Counted from the stretch's first letter, positions 40,901-53,262 are shown. The stretch is DNA of 64,000 nt from an uncultured Spirochaetota bacterium (GCA_963734545.1 CAVTHO010000004.1:288001-352000), one strand, 5' to 3'. The notes: generated from the sequence alone by a model not told the origin. Translations and numbers: made by a program.

Positions 40901-43900
40901 CACCGTGAATGGCCCTGCCCCGCTCGCCCCCGTGAAGCTCACCGTGCTGGTGGCAGGGGTGAAGAGCGCCACGTTCCAGTTGCCCCCCACGCTGATGGCC
41001 TCAGCGCCGCTGGCTGTCAGAGCGTTCCCCGTCAGGTTCCCTCCCACACTCAGATTGTGCACCCCCAGCCCCAGCGTCCCCCCTGAGATCAACAGGTTCC
41101 CCGTTGCCTCCACCGCGCTGGCCATGCTCCCCCCGTTGTTCAACGTCAGATTGTTGAACGGGTCCACCCCTATCCCCTTGGTCGTGATGCTCGGGCACCG
41201 CTCGCGCTCAGCACCACCGTCGAGCTGCCCGCCGTGAACGTGAAGCTCCCCCCCGAGGAGTTCCACCCTCCCGCTATACTGTGCGTGTACGTCGAGGCTC
41301 CCGCCACCCACGTGCCCTGCGTCATGCTCAACGCCCCGCTCACCGTCAGCCCGCCCGTGGAGCTCACCTGCGCTGCACCCGCTCCCTTGTTCAGCGTCAG
41401 ATTGTTGAAGCTCAATCCCCCAAGACTCACCGGCGTGGCCGCCCCGTTCATCACCACCGTCGAGGAGGCTGCCGTGAAGGCTGTCGGCGTGAAGCTTCCC
41501 CCTACCGTGATGGTCTCCGTCCCCGTCGCCGTCAGGCTCCCTGCTCCCGTCAGGTTCCCCCCCACCGTCAGATTGTGCACCCCCAGCCCCAGCGTCCCCC
41601 CTGAGATCAACAGGTTCCCACTGGCCTCCACCGCGCTGGCCATGCTCCCCCCGTTGTTCAACGTCAGATTGTTGAACGGGTCCACCCCTATCCCCTTGGT
41701 CGTGATGCTCGGGCACCGCTCGGGCTCAGCACCACCGTCGAGCTGCCCGCCGTGAACGTGAAGCTCCCCCCCGAGGAGTTCCACCCTCCCGCTATACTGT
41801 GCGTGTACGTCGAGGCTCCCGCCACCCACGTGCCCTGCGTCATGCTCAACGCCCCGCTCACCGTCAGCCCGCCCGTGGAGCTCACCTGCGCTGCACCCGC
41901 TCCCTTGTTCAGCGTCAGATTGTTGAAGCTCAATCCCCCGAGACTCACCGGCGTGGCCGCCCCGTTCATCACCACCGTGCGAGGAGGCTGCCGTGAAGGC
42001 TGTCGGCGTGAAGCTTCCCCCTACCGTGATGGTCTCCGTACCCGTCGCCGTCAGGCTCCCTGCTCCCGTCAGGTTCCCCCCCACCGTCAGGTTGTGCACC
42101 CCCAGCCCCAGCGTCCCCCCTGAGATCAACAGGTTCCCGCTGGCCTCCACCGCGCTGGCCATGCTCCCCCCGTTGTTCAACGTCAGATTGTTGAACGGGT
42201 CCACCCCTATCCCCTTGGTCGTGATGCTCGGCACCGCTCCGCTCAGCACCACCGTCGAGCTGCCCGCCGTGAAGGTGAAGCTCGCCCCCGAGGAGTTCCA
42301 CCCTCCCGCTATACTGTGCGTGTACGTCGAGGCTCCCGCCACCCACGTGCCCTGCGTCATGCTCAACGCCCCGCTCACCGTCAGCCCGCCCGTGGAGCTC
42401 ACCTGCGCTGCACCCGCTCCCTTGTTCAGCGTCAGATTGTTGAAGCTCAATCCCCCAAGACTCACCGGCGTGGCCGCCCCGTTCATCACCACCGTCGAGG
42501 AGGCTGCCGTGAAGGCTGTCGGCGTGAAGCTTCCCCCTACGCTGATGGTCTCCGTCCCCGTCGCCGTCAGGCTCCCCGCTCCTGTCAGGTTGCCCCCCAC
42601 GCTCAGCGCATCTCCGTTGCTGCTCCACGTGCCCGCTGTCAGCGTCAGCGCACCACCGATGTTCGCCACACCCGTGGCCCCCGCCGCCTGCTGATATGTC
42701 TTGCCTCCCGCGTTCAGCGTCACTCCGCTGAAGCTCTGCGAGTTGCTGCTCACCGTGAATGGCCCTGCCCCGCTCGCCCCCGTGAAGCTCACCGTGCTGG
42801 TGGCAGGGGTGAAGAGCGCCACGTTCCAGTTGCCCCCCACGCTGATGGCCTCAGCGCCGCTGGCTGTCAGAGCGTTCCCCGTCAGGTTCCCTCCCACACT
42901 CAGATTGTGCACCCCCAGCCCCAGCGTCCCCCCTGAGATCAACAGGTTCCCCGTTGCCTCCACCGCGCTGGCCATGCTCCCCCCGTTGTTCAACGTCAGA
43001 TTGTTGAACGGGTCCACCCCTATCCCCTTGGTCGTGATGCTGGGCACCGCTCCGCTCAGCACCACCGTCGAGCTGCCCGCCGTGAACGTGAAGCTCCCCC
43101 CCGAGGAGTTCCACCCTCCCGCTATGCTGTGCGTGTACGTCGAGGCTCCCGCCACCCACGTGCCCGCGTCATGCTCAACGCCCCGCTCACCGTCAGCCCG
43201 CCCGTGGAGCTCACCTGCGCTGCACCCGCCCCCTTGTTCAGCGTCAGATTGTTGAAGCTCAATCCCCCAAGACTCACCGGCGTGGCCGCCCCGTTCATCA
43301 CCACCGTCGAGGAGGCTGCCGTGAAGGCTGTCGGCGTGAAGCTTCCCCCTACGCTGATGGTCTCCGTCCCCGTCGCTGTCAGGCTCCCTGCTCCTGTCAG
43401 GTTGCCCCCCACGCTCAGCGCATCTCCGTTGCTGCTCCACGTGCCCGCTGTCAGCGTCAGCGCCCCACCGATGTTCGCCACACCAGTGGCCCCCGCCGCC
43501 TGCTGATATGTCTTGCCTCCCGCGTTCAGCGTCACTCCGCTGAAGCTCTGCGAGTTGCTGCTCACCGTGAATGGCCCTGCCCCGCTCGCCCCCGTGAAGC
43601 TCACCGTGCTGGTGGCAGGGGTGAAGAGCGCCACGTTCCAGTTGCCCCCCACGCTGATGGCCTCAGCGCCGCTGGCTGTCAGGCTCCCCGCTCCTGTCAG
43701 GCTGCCCCCCACGCTCAGCGCATCTCCGTTGCTGCTCCATGTGCCCGCTGTCAGCGTCAGGTCCGCACCGATGTTCGCCACACCAGTGGCCCCGGCCGCC
43801 TGCTGATATGTCTTGCCTCCCGCGTTCAGCGTCACTCCGCTGAAGCTCTGCGAGTTGCTGCTCACCGTGAATGGCCCTGCCCCGCTCGCCCCCGTGAAGC

Positions 43901-46900
43901 TCACCGTGCTGCTGGCAGAGGTGAAGAGCGCCACGTTCCAGTTGCCTCCCACGCTGATGGTCTCCGTACCCGTCGCCGTCAGGCTCCCTGCTCCCGTCAG
44001 GTTGCCTCCCACGCTCAGCGCATCTCCGTTGCTGCTCCACGTGCCCGCTGTCAGCGTCAGCGCCCCACCGATGTTCGCCACACCAGTGGCCCCCGCCGCC
44101 TGCTGATATGTCTTGCCTCCCGCGTTCAGCGTCACTCCGCTGAAGCTCTGCGAGTTGCTGCTCACCGTGAATGGCCCTGCACCGCTCGCCCCCGTGAAGC
44201 TCACCGTGCTGCTGGCAGCGGTGAAGAGCGCCACGTTCCAGTTGCCTCCCACGCTGATGGCCTCAGCGCCGCTGGCTGTCAGAGCGTTCCCCGTCAGGTT
44301 CCCTCCCACACTCAGATTGTGCACCCCCAGCCCCAGCGTCCCCCCTGAGATCAACAGGTTCCCCGTTGCCTCCACCGCGCTGGCCATGCTCCCCCCGTTG
44401 TTCAACGTCAGATTGTTGAACGGGTCCACCCCTATCCCCTTGGTCGTGATGCCGGGCACCGCTCGAGCTCAGCACCACCGTCGAGCTGCCCGCCTGGAAC
44501 GTGAAGCTCCCCCCCGAGGAGTTCCACCCTCCCGCTATGCTGTGCGTGTACGTCGAGGCCCCCGCCACCCACGTGCCCGCAGTCATGCTCAACGCCCCGC
44601 TCACCGTCAGCCCGCCCGTGGAGCTCACCTGCGCTGCACCCGCCCCCTTGTTCAGCGTCAGATTGTTGAAGCTCAATCCCCCAAGACTCACCGGCGTGGC
44701 CGTCCCGTTCATCACCACCGTCGAGGAGGCTGCCGTGAAGGCTGTCGGCGTGAAGCTTCCCCCCACCGTGATGGTCTCCGTACCCGTCGCCGTCAGGCTC
44801 CCCGCCCCTGTCAGGTCCGCCGTCACGGTGAAGCTCAAGTTATTCGTGCTCACCGCGGCCCCGAGGCTTATGGTCACATTCGCCACTGTCTCGGCTGTTG
44901 TCAGGGTGGCCGGCTGGCTCCCCACGTTGGCAATCGTGACGCTGTCCTTGGGGTTCGGAACGTAGCCTGGGTTCCAGTTCGACGGGACATTCCAATTCGT
45001 GCTCGTGGCTCCCGTCCACGTCAGGGAACCTGCGGGAAAGTCCCACCCTGGCGCGGGCGGTGCCAGCGTGTTGCCGCCGCTGTCCTGGCTCGTGACAGGA
45101 GTGATGGTGTTGGCTCCTGTGACGTGGCTGTCCTGAACCATCGCGTATGTAACAGAGGAGCTGGCGCTCGGGTTGATTGTCCAGAAAAGACCGGGGTTCA
45201 GACTGATCAGGCTTACCAGGTTTCCAGAGACGCCGGTAATCGTCAGAGTACCGCCGATGGTCTGCGTGGTGCCGTTGGCGAACTGCAGGGTCTTGCCCGA
45301 TACTGTGCACGTGAAATTGTTGAAAGTCGTGCTGCCCGAAATGGTCGATGTGCCCGACCCCGTGAAGCTCACCGTGCTGGTGGCAGCGGTGAAGACCGCA
45401 ACGTTCCAGTTGCCTCCCACGCTGATGGTCTCCGTCCCCGTCGCTGTCAGGCTCCCTGCTCCCGTCAGGTTGCCCCCCACGCTCAGCGCATCTCCGTTGC
45501 TGCTCCACGTGCCCGCTGTCAGCGTCAGCGCCCCACCGATGTTCGCCACACCCGTGGCCCCCGCCGCCTGCTGATATGTCTTGCCTCCCGCGTTCAGCGT
45601 CACTCCGCTGAAGCTCTGCGAGTTGCTGCTCACCGTGAATGGCCCTGCACCGCTCGTCCCCGTGAAGCTCACCGTGCTGGTGGCAGCGGTGAAGAGCGCC
45701 ACGTTCCAGTTGCCCCCCACGCTGATGGCCTCAGCGCCGCTGGCTGTCAGAGCGTTCCCCGTCAGGTTCCCTCCCACACTCAGATTGTGCACCCCCAGCC
45801 CCAGCGTCCCCCCTGAGATCAACAGGTTCCCCGTTGCCTCCACCGCGCTGGCCATGCTCCCCCCGTTGTTCAACGTCAGATTGTTGAACGGGTCCACCCC
45901 TATCCCCTTGGTCGTGATGCTGGGCACCGCTCCGCTCAGCACCACCGTCGAGCTGCCCGCCGTAAACGTGAAGCTCCCCCCCGAGGAGTTCCACCCTCCC
46001 GCTATACTGTGCGTGTACGTCGAGGCTCCCGCCACCCACGTGCCCGCAGTCATGCTCAACGCCCCGCTCACCGTCAGCCCGCCCGTGGAGCTCACCTGCG
46101 CTGCACCCGCCCCCTTGTTCAGCGTCAGATTGTTGAAGCTCAATCCCCCAAGACTCACCGGCGTGGCCGCCCCGTTCATCACCACCGTCGAGGAGGCTGC
46201 CGTGAAGGCTGTCGGCGTGAAGCTTCCCCCTACGCTGATGGTCTCCGTCCCCGTCGCTGTCAGGCTCCCTGCCCCTGTCAGGTTGCCCCCCACGCTCAGC
46301 GCATCTCCGTTGCTGCTCCACGTGCCCGCTGTCAGCGTCAGCGCCCCACCGATGTTCGCCACACCCGTGGCCCCGGCCGCCTGCTGATATGTCTTGCCTC
46401 CCGCGTTCAGCGTCACTCCGCTGAAGCTCTGCGAGTTGCTGCTCACCGTGAATGGCCCTGCACCGCTCGCCCCCGTGAAGCTCACCGTGCTGGTGGCAGG
46501 GGTGAAGAGCGCCACGTTCCAGTTGCCCCCCACGCTGATGGCCTCAACGCCGCTGGCTGTCAGAGCGTTCCCCGTCAGGTTCCCTCCCACGCTCAGATTG
46601 TGCACCCCCAGCCCCAGCGTCCCCCCTGAGATCAACAGGTTCCCCGTTGCCTCCACCGCGCTGGCCATGCTCCCCCCGTTGTTCAACGTCAGATTGTTGA
46701 ACGGGTCCACCCCTATCCCCTTGGTCGTGATGCTGGGCACCGCTCCGCTCAGCACCACCGTCGAGCTGCCCGCCGTAAACGTGAAGCTCCCCCCCGAGGA
46801 GTTCCACCCTCCCGCTATGCTGTGCGTGTACGTCGAGGCCCCCGCCACCCACGTGCCCGCAGTCATGCTCAACGCCCCGCTCACCGTCAGCCCGCCCGTG

Positions 46901-49743
46901 GAGCTCACCTGCGCTGCACCCGCTCCCTTGTTCAGCGTCAGATTGTTGAAGCTCAATCCCCCAAGACTCACCGGCGTGGCCGCCCCGTTCATCACCACCG
47001 TCGAGGAGGCTGCCGTGAAGGCTGTCGGCGTGAAGCTTCCCCCTACGCTGATGGTCTCCGTCCCCGTCGCTGTCAGGCTCCCTGCTCCCGTCAGGTTGCC
47101 CCCCACGCTCAGCGCATCTCCGTTGCTGCTCCATGTGCCCGCTGTCAGTGTCAGCGCCCCACCGATGTTCGCCACACCCGTGGCCCCGGCCGCCTGCTGA
47201 TATGTCTTGCCTCCCGCGTTCAGCGTCACTCCGCTGAAGCTCTGCGAGTTGCTGCTCACCGTGAATGGCCCTGCACCGCTCGCCCCCGTGAAGCTCACCG
47301 TGCTGGTGGCAGGGGTGAAGAGCGCCACGTTCCAGTTGCCCCCCACGCTGATGGCCTCAGCGCCGCTGGCTGTCAGGCTCCCCGCTCCTGTCAGGTCTCC
47401 CGCTACACTCAATCCCTGCCCGCTGGTGCTCAGTGTCCCTGCGGAGATGCTCAAGGAATCGACAGTCAACGCGTCCAATAGAACTACGTTTGTGCCGGCC
47501 GTCTGCACACTCACGGCACCCAGGTTGTTCGTGCCCGACGTGAGGTTCTGAGTCGTTCCGCCGTTGAATGTGAAAGTCCCTGCCCCCTTGGTGTAGCCGC
47601 CGACCGCAAAGCTGACGAGCCCCGTTACGGAGATATTGCCGCCCCCGGAAGCATTCAGAACCCCTGAAGAAACAGTGAGGCCTCCGCTGAAAGTGACGCT
47701 GCCCGCGACGGTGAGGCTCTGCGCGCCTGTTATGAGCTGGCCGCCTCCTATGGAGAGAGCGCTGATCGTGACGCCGCCGGCAGGCACCTGGGGATACAGC
47801 CGGCCTCCCACGACAGCGGGAATCGTGACAGAATCCCCGTAGCCGGGGACCCCCGAGCCGCTCGGATTGGACCAGTTGTTCGTATCTGTCCATGTCGAGG
47901 TCCCCACGGTGTTCCCCGTCCAGGTGAACGCCCCGGGCGCTGCGAATACCCACTTCCCTGTTGTGCCGGTAGTCTCATTTCCGGAGACATTGATGCTGTT
48001 CGTTGCCGTGATATCGCGGTTGGCTGACGTCACGGTGCCATCCTGCACTGCAACAAAGGAAACGTTCTTGTTCGCGGTTATCGCAAATGTCCAGGGGCTT
48101 CCCGCGGTCGTGCTCTGCAGCCGGATGTAGTTCCCCAGGGCGCCCGTTATCGTGAGCGCCCCATTGACCGTCTGAGTCTGTCCTGCCGCGAACTGGATCG
48201 TCTTTCCCGCCGTTGTGCATGCAAAGCCGTTGAACGTGGTGGCTCCGAGCACCTGGGAAGTCCCGGTGGAGATGAACGTGACCGTTCCCGCCCCGGGCGT
48301 AAACGTGCCCCCGGCGCTGTTGTCCCAATTGCCGCCCACCTGGATCCCGTTCCCTCCCGTGCTCATCGCCGAGCCTGCCCCGAACGCGAGGTTGTTGTTG
48401 ACGACGATCGCGCCGCCGAGCGCAAAGGTCTGCCCTGTTCCCGAAAGGCTCATGTTGAAGAACGAGGGGAGCCGTACTGTTCCTGCCGCCGCGCCCACCG
48501 CGTACGTCACGGTGCCGTGCGTCGTATCCATGGTGGTGATCGACTGCGTGGCCTGCGTGCCGTCGAGCTGGATCATCCCCTGGTTGCTCAACGTGGTGAT
48601 GGTGAAGTTCTGGCTGCCCATATTGACGCTGTCCGTGGACGCGCTCGTGGTCAGGGTGGCTGCCCCCGTGGCGTTGACGTTGAGCGCATTCGGTCCGCCC
48701 GCCCCGTTCGTCACCACCTGCAGGCCCGTGCTTCCGGAAACCGTCAACCTGTTGAATGCCGCGCCGTTGACGTATTCGGTGGGTGATCCGCCGCCGTTGA
48801 ATACTACCGTCCCCCCATTGGCCGCGAATATCCCTGTTGCCCCGGCAGCGCCGACATCGGCGACAATGGAGGCGTCGTACAGGAAAAGGCTTCCCCCGAA
48901 GGTAGTCGTGGTGCTCGAGGCGGTGAACGCGCCGGCACCTGTCACGTTGCCATTCAAGGTGAGGGTGCCGGACCCTGCGGTCAGCGCGGGCTTTGCCGGC
49001 AGCGCGCTTCCCGGCCCGGCGACCCCGTCCTTTCTCCAGTCGTTGAGAAGCATCGTCGTGCCGTTGATCGTGATGGCTCCCGTGCCGCCCTGCAGAATTC
49101 CGCCGAAGCCGCCCTGCCCGCCGTCGATCTGCAGCGCGGCCGCGGTCAGCGTGCGCGTGCCCGTGGACAGGGTTCCATCGTGCACACACAACGTGCCATT
49201 GACCGTGAGATTGCCCGGCAGGGTCCATGTCGTGGTGAGGTCATTGTCCAGCTCGACGTTGTAGTAGGTCAGCCCGAGCGGAGCGGCGCCCAGGGCAGCG
49301 CCCGGATGATACCGCACGGTACCGGAGGTGGTGACAAAAACGAAACCGGCCCCGTTTATGGTTTCCGTCCCCAGCAGGCTGAGCACGCCGGTTCCTTCGA
49401 CGTGCGCCCAGTTGAAGCCCGTGCCGAGGATGGTGAGGGCGCCGTTGATCGTCACGCTGGAGCCGTTCAGGTCGAGACTCGCATTCGCGTTGATCGTAAG
49501 GCTTCTCATCGTCGTGCCGCCGGGAACAACGGGGTACACGCCGTTGGTATTGTTCTGGATCACGATGTCATCCGTCCCCACCGGGGCGATTCCACCCACC
49601 CAGTTGGTCCCCGTGGCCCAGGTCGTCGAGACGGTTGTGCTGCTCCAGGTCCTGGTGGCCGCGCTCAGAGGTCCCGCAAGACACAGCAGAAGAGCGCCGG
49701 CAAGAATTGCCACAAGACCTTTTGTTCCTCTGCGTGGCGACAT
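37902..49743 (-). CDS. Giant (~3,900 aa) secreted beta-strand-repeat protein with C-terminal FlgD-Ig-like domain; several apparent frameshifts
   Basis: Signal peptide at 49743 (MSPRRGTKGLVAILAGALLLCLAGPLSA); contiguous G/T/S/A/N-rich ORF pieces 44263..49923, 43122..44459, 41170..43440, 41688..41975, 38174..41716, 37902..38618; ends in WDGKNRGGRPVARGIYFIRV...RKVLVVR. Confidence 0.85.
40150..47395 (-). repeat. Intragenic array of near-identical ~300-bp (A) and ~515-bp (B) modules
   Basis: Eight copies of KTYQQAAG and eight of YTHSIAGG; spacings of 813 bp (45581/46394/47207), 300 bp (43513/43813/44113) and 518 bp (41234/41752). Confidence 0.95.
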
Positions 49744-49819
49744 CAAGTACTCCAAAGTATAGCCACAGAAGGCCTTGCACACCATGGACAGGTTTGAAAA
49801 CCTTACGTATGTTTGAGCC

Positions 49820-50362
49820 ATGCAGCTGCGTGCGGTGCTGCTGTCTGCAATCCTCTGCCTCACGGCTCTCGGCCTCGCGGCCCAGGCGGCGGACCCGGGA
49901 CAAAAGCCCACCGTGGCTCTCACTGAAGGACCCTACTACAAGGCAGGCTCCCCTGAGCGCAGGGATCTCGCCGGCGCCGGCTCCCCGGGCCGGCACATCA
50001 GCATCAGCGGCACCGTCTTCGACCTGGGCGGCAGACCGATTGCCGGGGCGTGGCTCGACTTCTGGCAGGCAGACGCCGCGGGTCGATACGACAACAGCGG
50101 GTTCCAGTTCCGCGGACACCAGCTTGCGGACCCCGCGGGACGCTACGTCCTGAACACGGTGATCCCCGGCGAGTACCCCGGCAGGACGCAGCACATCCAC
50201 GTCAAGCTGCGCGCGCCGGGAGGAAAGACTTTCACCACGCAGATATTCTTCCCCGGCAGCGCGGGAAACTCATCGGACCCCATCTTCGACAGGAGCCTCG
50301 TCATCTCGATGAGCGCGGATGCCAGGAACGGTCAGATCGATTTCGTGATACCCGGTCCCTGA
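49820..50362 (+). CDS. Exported intradiol ring-cleavage dioxygenase-like protein
   Basis: Signal peptide; TEGPYY, DFWQAD..GRY, FRG, PGEYPGRTQHIHVK, TTQIFF. Confidence 0.85.
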   Translation: MQLRAVLLSAILCLTALGLAAQAADPGQKPTVALTEGPYYKAGSPERRDLAGAGSPGRHISISGTVFDLGGRPIAGAWLDFWQADAAGRYDNSGFQFRGHQLADPAGRYVLNTVIPGEYPGRTQHIHVKLRAPGGKTFTTQIFFPGSAGNSSDPIFDRSLVISMSADARNGQIDFVIPGP

Positions 50363-51621
50363 TGGACACACAGGACAATACAGCGTCGCCTGCGGATATC
50401 GCCGCGGGGGACCCGGGGGACTTCTCCGTTCACCCGCGGTACGTACGCAAGGCGCTTCGCAGCTCGCCGCTCATAGACTCGTTTCTCTGCTGCCGTTTTT
50501 CGTTTTCTCCCTACATGGCGTGCGGCCACGGCTGCCGCTATTGCGACGGCCGCGCGGAGAAGTACTGGGTGGAGGGCGACTTCGAGCGGGACATCGTGGT
50601 CCGCTCGAATCTTCCCCGCCTTTTGCGGCAGGAGCTGCCGCGGCTCCGCGAGCGCGCCCCCGTCGCCATTGGCTCCGGGATCACCGACGCATACCAGCCC
50701 CTCGAGAGAAGACAGGGGCTGATGCGCGAATGCGCGGCCGTCCTTGCAGACCACGCACTTCCCGTGAGCCTTCTCACCAAGTCGTCGCTCGTTTCACGCG
50801 ATATCGATCTGTGGGAAAAGGTGAACAGGAGCTCCCGCTTCATCCTGTACATGTCCATCGCAACCCTGGATGAAACCGTGCGTCGACGGTTCGAGCCGGG
50901 CGCGAGCCCGATCGCGGAGCGGCTGGAAACTCTCCGCGCGTTCAGGAAGCAGGGCATTGCGATCGGGGTCATGGCCATCCCCCTTCTCCCCTTCATCTCG
51001 GACGGAGAGCAGGATATCCGCGCCCTGGTGGAAACGCTGAAGGACGCCGGCGCCGCCTTTGTCATGCCCGGCGGGCTGACGCTTCGCCCGGGACGGCAGA
51101 AAGACTTCTACATGACACATCTTGCCGAAGACTACCCGAACCTCGTGGCGCGGTATCGTGAGACATACTCAGAAGAGCGCCAATCAGGAGCGTGCACGAG
51201 GAAGTACCGTGACGGCCTTACGGACCGGATTGCGTCCGCCACGAGGGACACGGGGGTTCCTTTCCTGCTTCCCCACGCGCTGTACCGGGGATGTGTTCCC
51301 CTGTACGACGAGCTGTATCTCCTGCTTCAACACATGGCGGAGCTCTATTCAGCCCGGGGAGTCCCCGTGGCCGGCCTGAAGAGCGCCACCCGGCGCTACG
51401 CAGACTGGCTATTAATGAAAAAGAGAATCTTCAATAAAAAGCGATCACTGCGTCAGGAGGACCTGGAGGAAGAGACACGCGCGCTCTTCGGCAGCGGCGG
51501 CAGCCAAGATCTGCTGAAGAACGAGAAACTGGCCGGCTTCCTGCGCGAGGTCGCACTCGAGAGGCGGGTGTTCGACTATCTCACCCTGTCCCTGTCACCG
51601 CCGTCGCTTCCCGCCGCCTGA
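50362..51621 (+). CDS. Radical SAM protein (SplB/Rv2578c-like)
   Basis: SPYMACGHGCRYC (CxxxCxxC), TDAYQPLE, LTKS, FEPGAS. Confidence 0.85.
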   Translation: MDTQDNTASPADIAAGDPGDFSVHPRYVRKALRSSPLIDSFLCCRFSFSPYMACGHGCRYCDGRAEKYWVEGDFERDIVVRSNLPRLLRQELPRLRERAPVAIGSGITDAYQPLERRQGLMRECAAVLADHALPVSLLTKSSLVSRDIDLWEKVNRSSRFILYMSIATLDETVRRRFEPGASPIAERLETLRAFRKQGIAIGVMAIPLLPFISDGEQDIRALVETLKDAGAAFVMPGGLTLRPGRQKDFYMTHLAEDYPNLVARYRETYSEERQSGACTRKYRDGLTDRIASATRDTGVPFLLPHALYRGCVPLYDELYLLLQHMAELYSARGVPVAGLKSATRRYADWLLMKKRIFNKKRSLRQEDLEEETRALFGSGGSQDLLKNEKLAGFLREVALERRVFDYLTLSLSPPSLPAA

Positions 51622-51703
51622 AACGCCGATCGCCGCCGCCTCACGCGCCGATCCACGCCGCCCGAAACAGCCGACTCTGCCGCTGCCCGCTGACAGCCCA
51701 GGG

Positions 51704-52435
51704 CTACTTCCGCGGCGGCTGGGATGGGCGGAGCTCGATACGGCTCGCCAGCGATCCGCGCGGGAAACTGAAGAGGTCCACCACTGCCTTCGCGATGTCC
51801 TCCGCGGAAAGTTTCCAGGTCTCTTTCTGTTTCGTTCCCGGGTCAGACCCGAAGTCCGTGGCAACGCTTCCCGGCATGATCGTGCTCACCCGGATGCCGT
51901 CATAGCGGACGTCCTGCATCATCGCCTCGGTGAAGCCATTCAGGCCGAACTTGGACGCGTTGTAGGCGCTGCCGCCCGGGAACGTATTGACTGCCGCGAG
52001 GCTGGAGACGTTGAAGATGTACCCGCCGCCGCGGCTGCGCATGAGAGGAATTGCCTCCCTGCTGCAATAGAAGACCGCGGAGAGGTTCGTTTCGATCGTT
52101 GCCGCCCATTCTTCGGGTGTGAGCTGGTCAACGGGCTTGAAGATGCCGATGCCGGCATTGTTCACCAGGATGTCCAGGCCGCCGAAACACTCCGCGGCCC
52201 GGGCCACGACTTTCCGGCAGTCGTCATAGCGACGCACGTCCGCTGCGGCGCCGTCGATCCGGTCAGCCCTGCCGGGGCCTGCGAGCTCTGTGACCGCGCT
52301 CTTCACCGTGGAGGCATCCCGGCCGCAGATGAATACCTTCGCGCCTTCTTGAAGAAGAGCCTCCGCGATTGCATACCCGATTCCCCTCCCGCCGCCGGTC
52401 ACGAGGGCCACCTTGTCCTTCAGTTCGTTCGACAT
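51704..52435 (-). CDS. Short-chain dehydrogenase/reductase
   Basis: TGGGRGIG, NNAG, YNASK, MPGSVAT. Confidence 0.92.
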   Translation of the reverse strand: MSNELKDKVALVTGGGRGIGYAIAEALLQEGAKVFICGRDASTVKSAVTELAGPGRADRIDGAAADVRRYDDCRKVVARAAECFGGLDILVNNAGIGIFKPVDQLTPEEWAATIETNLSAVFYCSREAIPLMRSRGGGYIFNVSSLAAVNTFPGGSAYNASKFGLNGFTEAMMQDVRYDGIRVSTIMPGSVATDFGSDPGTKQKETWKLSAEDIAKAVVDLFSFPRGSLASRIELRPSQPPRK

Positions 52436-52494
52436 GGCCCTAAGATACGGAAGCACGGCATCTTTGACTATTGCGACCGCTGGCGGCACATTCG

Positions 52495-53154
52495 ATGTCG
52501 ATGTCGAGTCACGCCTCCCGGGCCCTTACAACAGCCTCCCTCCACATGGGCGCCCGGGCGCTGCAGGACAGGGACCAGGACCTGGCCCGGATTGTGAAGA
52601 GGCTTGGTGTGCCTCCCCTGTGGGGACGTCGGCCCGGTTTTCCCACGCTCGTTCGCATCATCCTCGAGCAGCAGGTATCGCTGGCCGCGGCGAGGTCCCT
52701 GTACCGCCGGCTCCTCGGCCGGCTGGGAGACATGACCGCGGAAAGCATGTGCGCCATGGGAGAGCGCGGCCTTCGGGAGTTCGGCCTTACCCGGCAGAAG
52801 GCCCGGTACTGTCACGGGCTTGCCGCCCGGATCGTCGAGGGGAGCCTCGACCTCTCCGCAGTGGCCGCTCTTCCAGACGCGGCAGGACGCTCAATCCTGT
52901 TGTCGATTCCAGGTCTGGGGCCCTGGAGCGTCGACATCTACTATCTAATGGCCCTGCGTAGACCCGACGTGTGGCCCGAGGGCGACCTGGCGCTGGCATC
53001 CGCGCTCCGAGAAGTGAAGCGCATGCGCGACCTTCCGAGCCGGGAGAATCAACGGGCAATTGCCGCCCGATGGTCCCCCTGGCGCTCCGTGGCGGCACGT
53101 CTCTTGTGGGCGCACTACCTGGAAGCGCGGGGGCAATACTCACCCCGGCCATAG
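52495..53154 (+). CDS. DNA-3-methyladenine glycosylase 2 family (AlkA-like, HhH-GPD)
   Basis: ILEQQVS, IPGLGPWS, DVWPEGDL, WSPWRS. Confidence 0.87.
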   Translation: MSMSSHASRALTTASLHMGARALQDRDQDLARIVKRLGVPPLWGRRPGFPTLVRIILEQQVSLAAARSLYRRLLGRLGDMTAESMCAMGERGLREFGLTRQKARYCHGLAARIVEGSLDLSAVAALPDAAGRSILLSIPGLGPWSVDIYYLMALRRPDVWPEGDLALASALREVKRMRDLPSRENQRAIAARWSPWRSVAARLLWAHYLEARGQYSPRP

Positions 53155-53262
53155 CGAAATCAGCCTTGTTTTCTCTAAAACTGGAAGAAAAAAAATTACA
53201 TGGTATAGTTCCTCCAGTAATCTCGCTTTAAATGATTCTGCCAAATCAACAAGGAGCTCAGA

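Noticed and set aside
40150-47395. Repeat array as a diversity-generating retroelement or CRISPR
   Set aside because: No reverse transcriptase or cas gene, no unique spacers, no evident adenine-specific variation; the repeats are in-frame coding modules.
40083-49264. Numerous long plus-strand ORFs (MPPAFSVTPLK..., MRVRRGSRH...) and alternate-frame MEQQRRCAER ORFs
   Set aside because: Shadow frames of the repetitive GC-rich giant gene; they repeat with its modules and carry no independent motifs.
50362-53154. Radical SAM plus AlkA as a dedicated DNA-repair or defence operon
   Set aside because: They are separated by an oppositely oriented SDR and no shared regulatory motif was seen.
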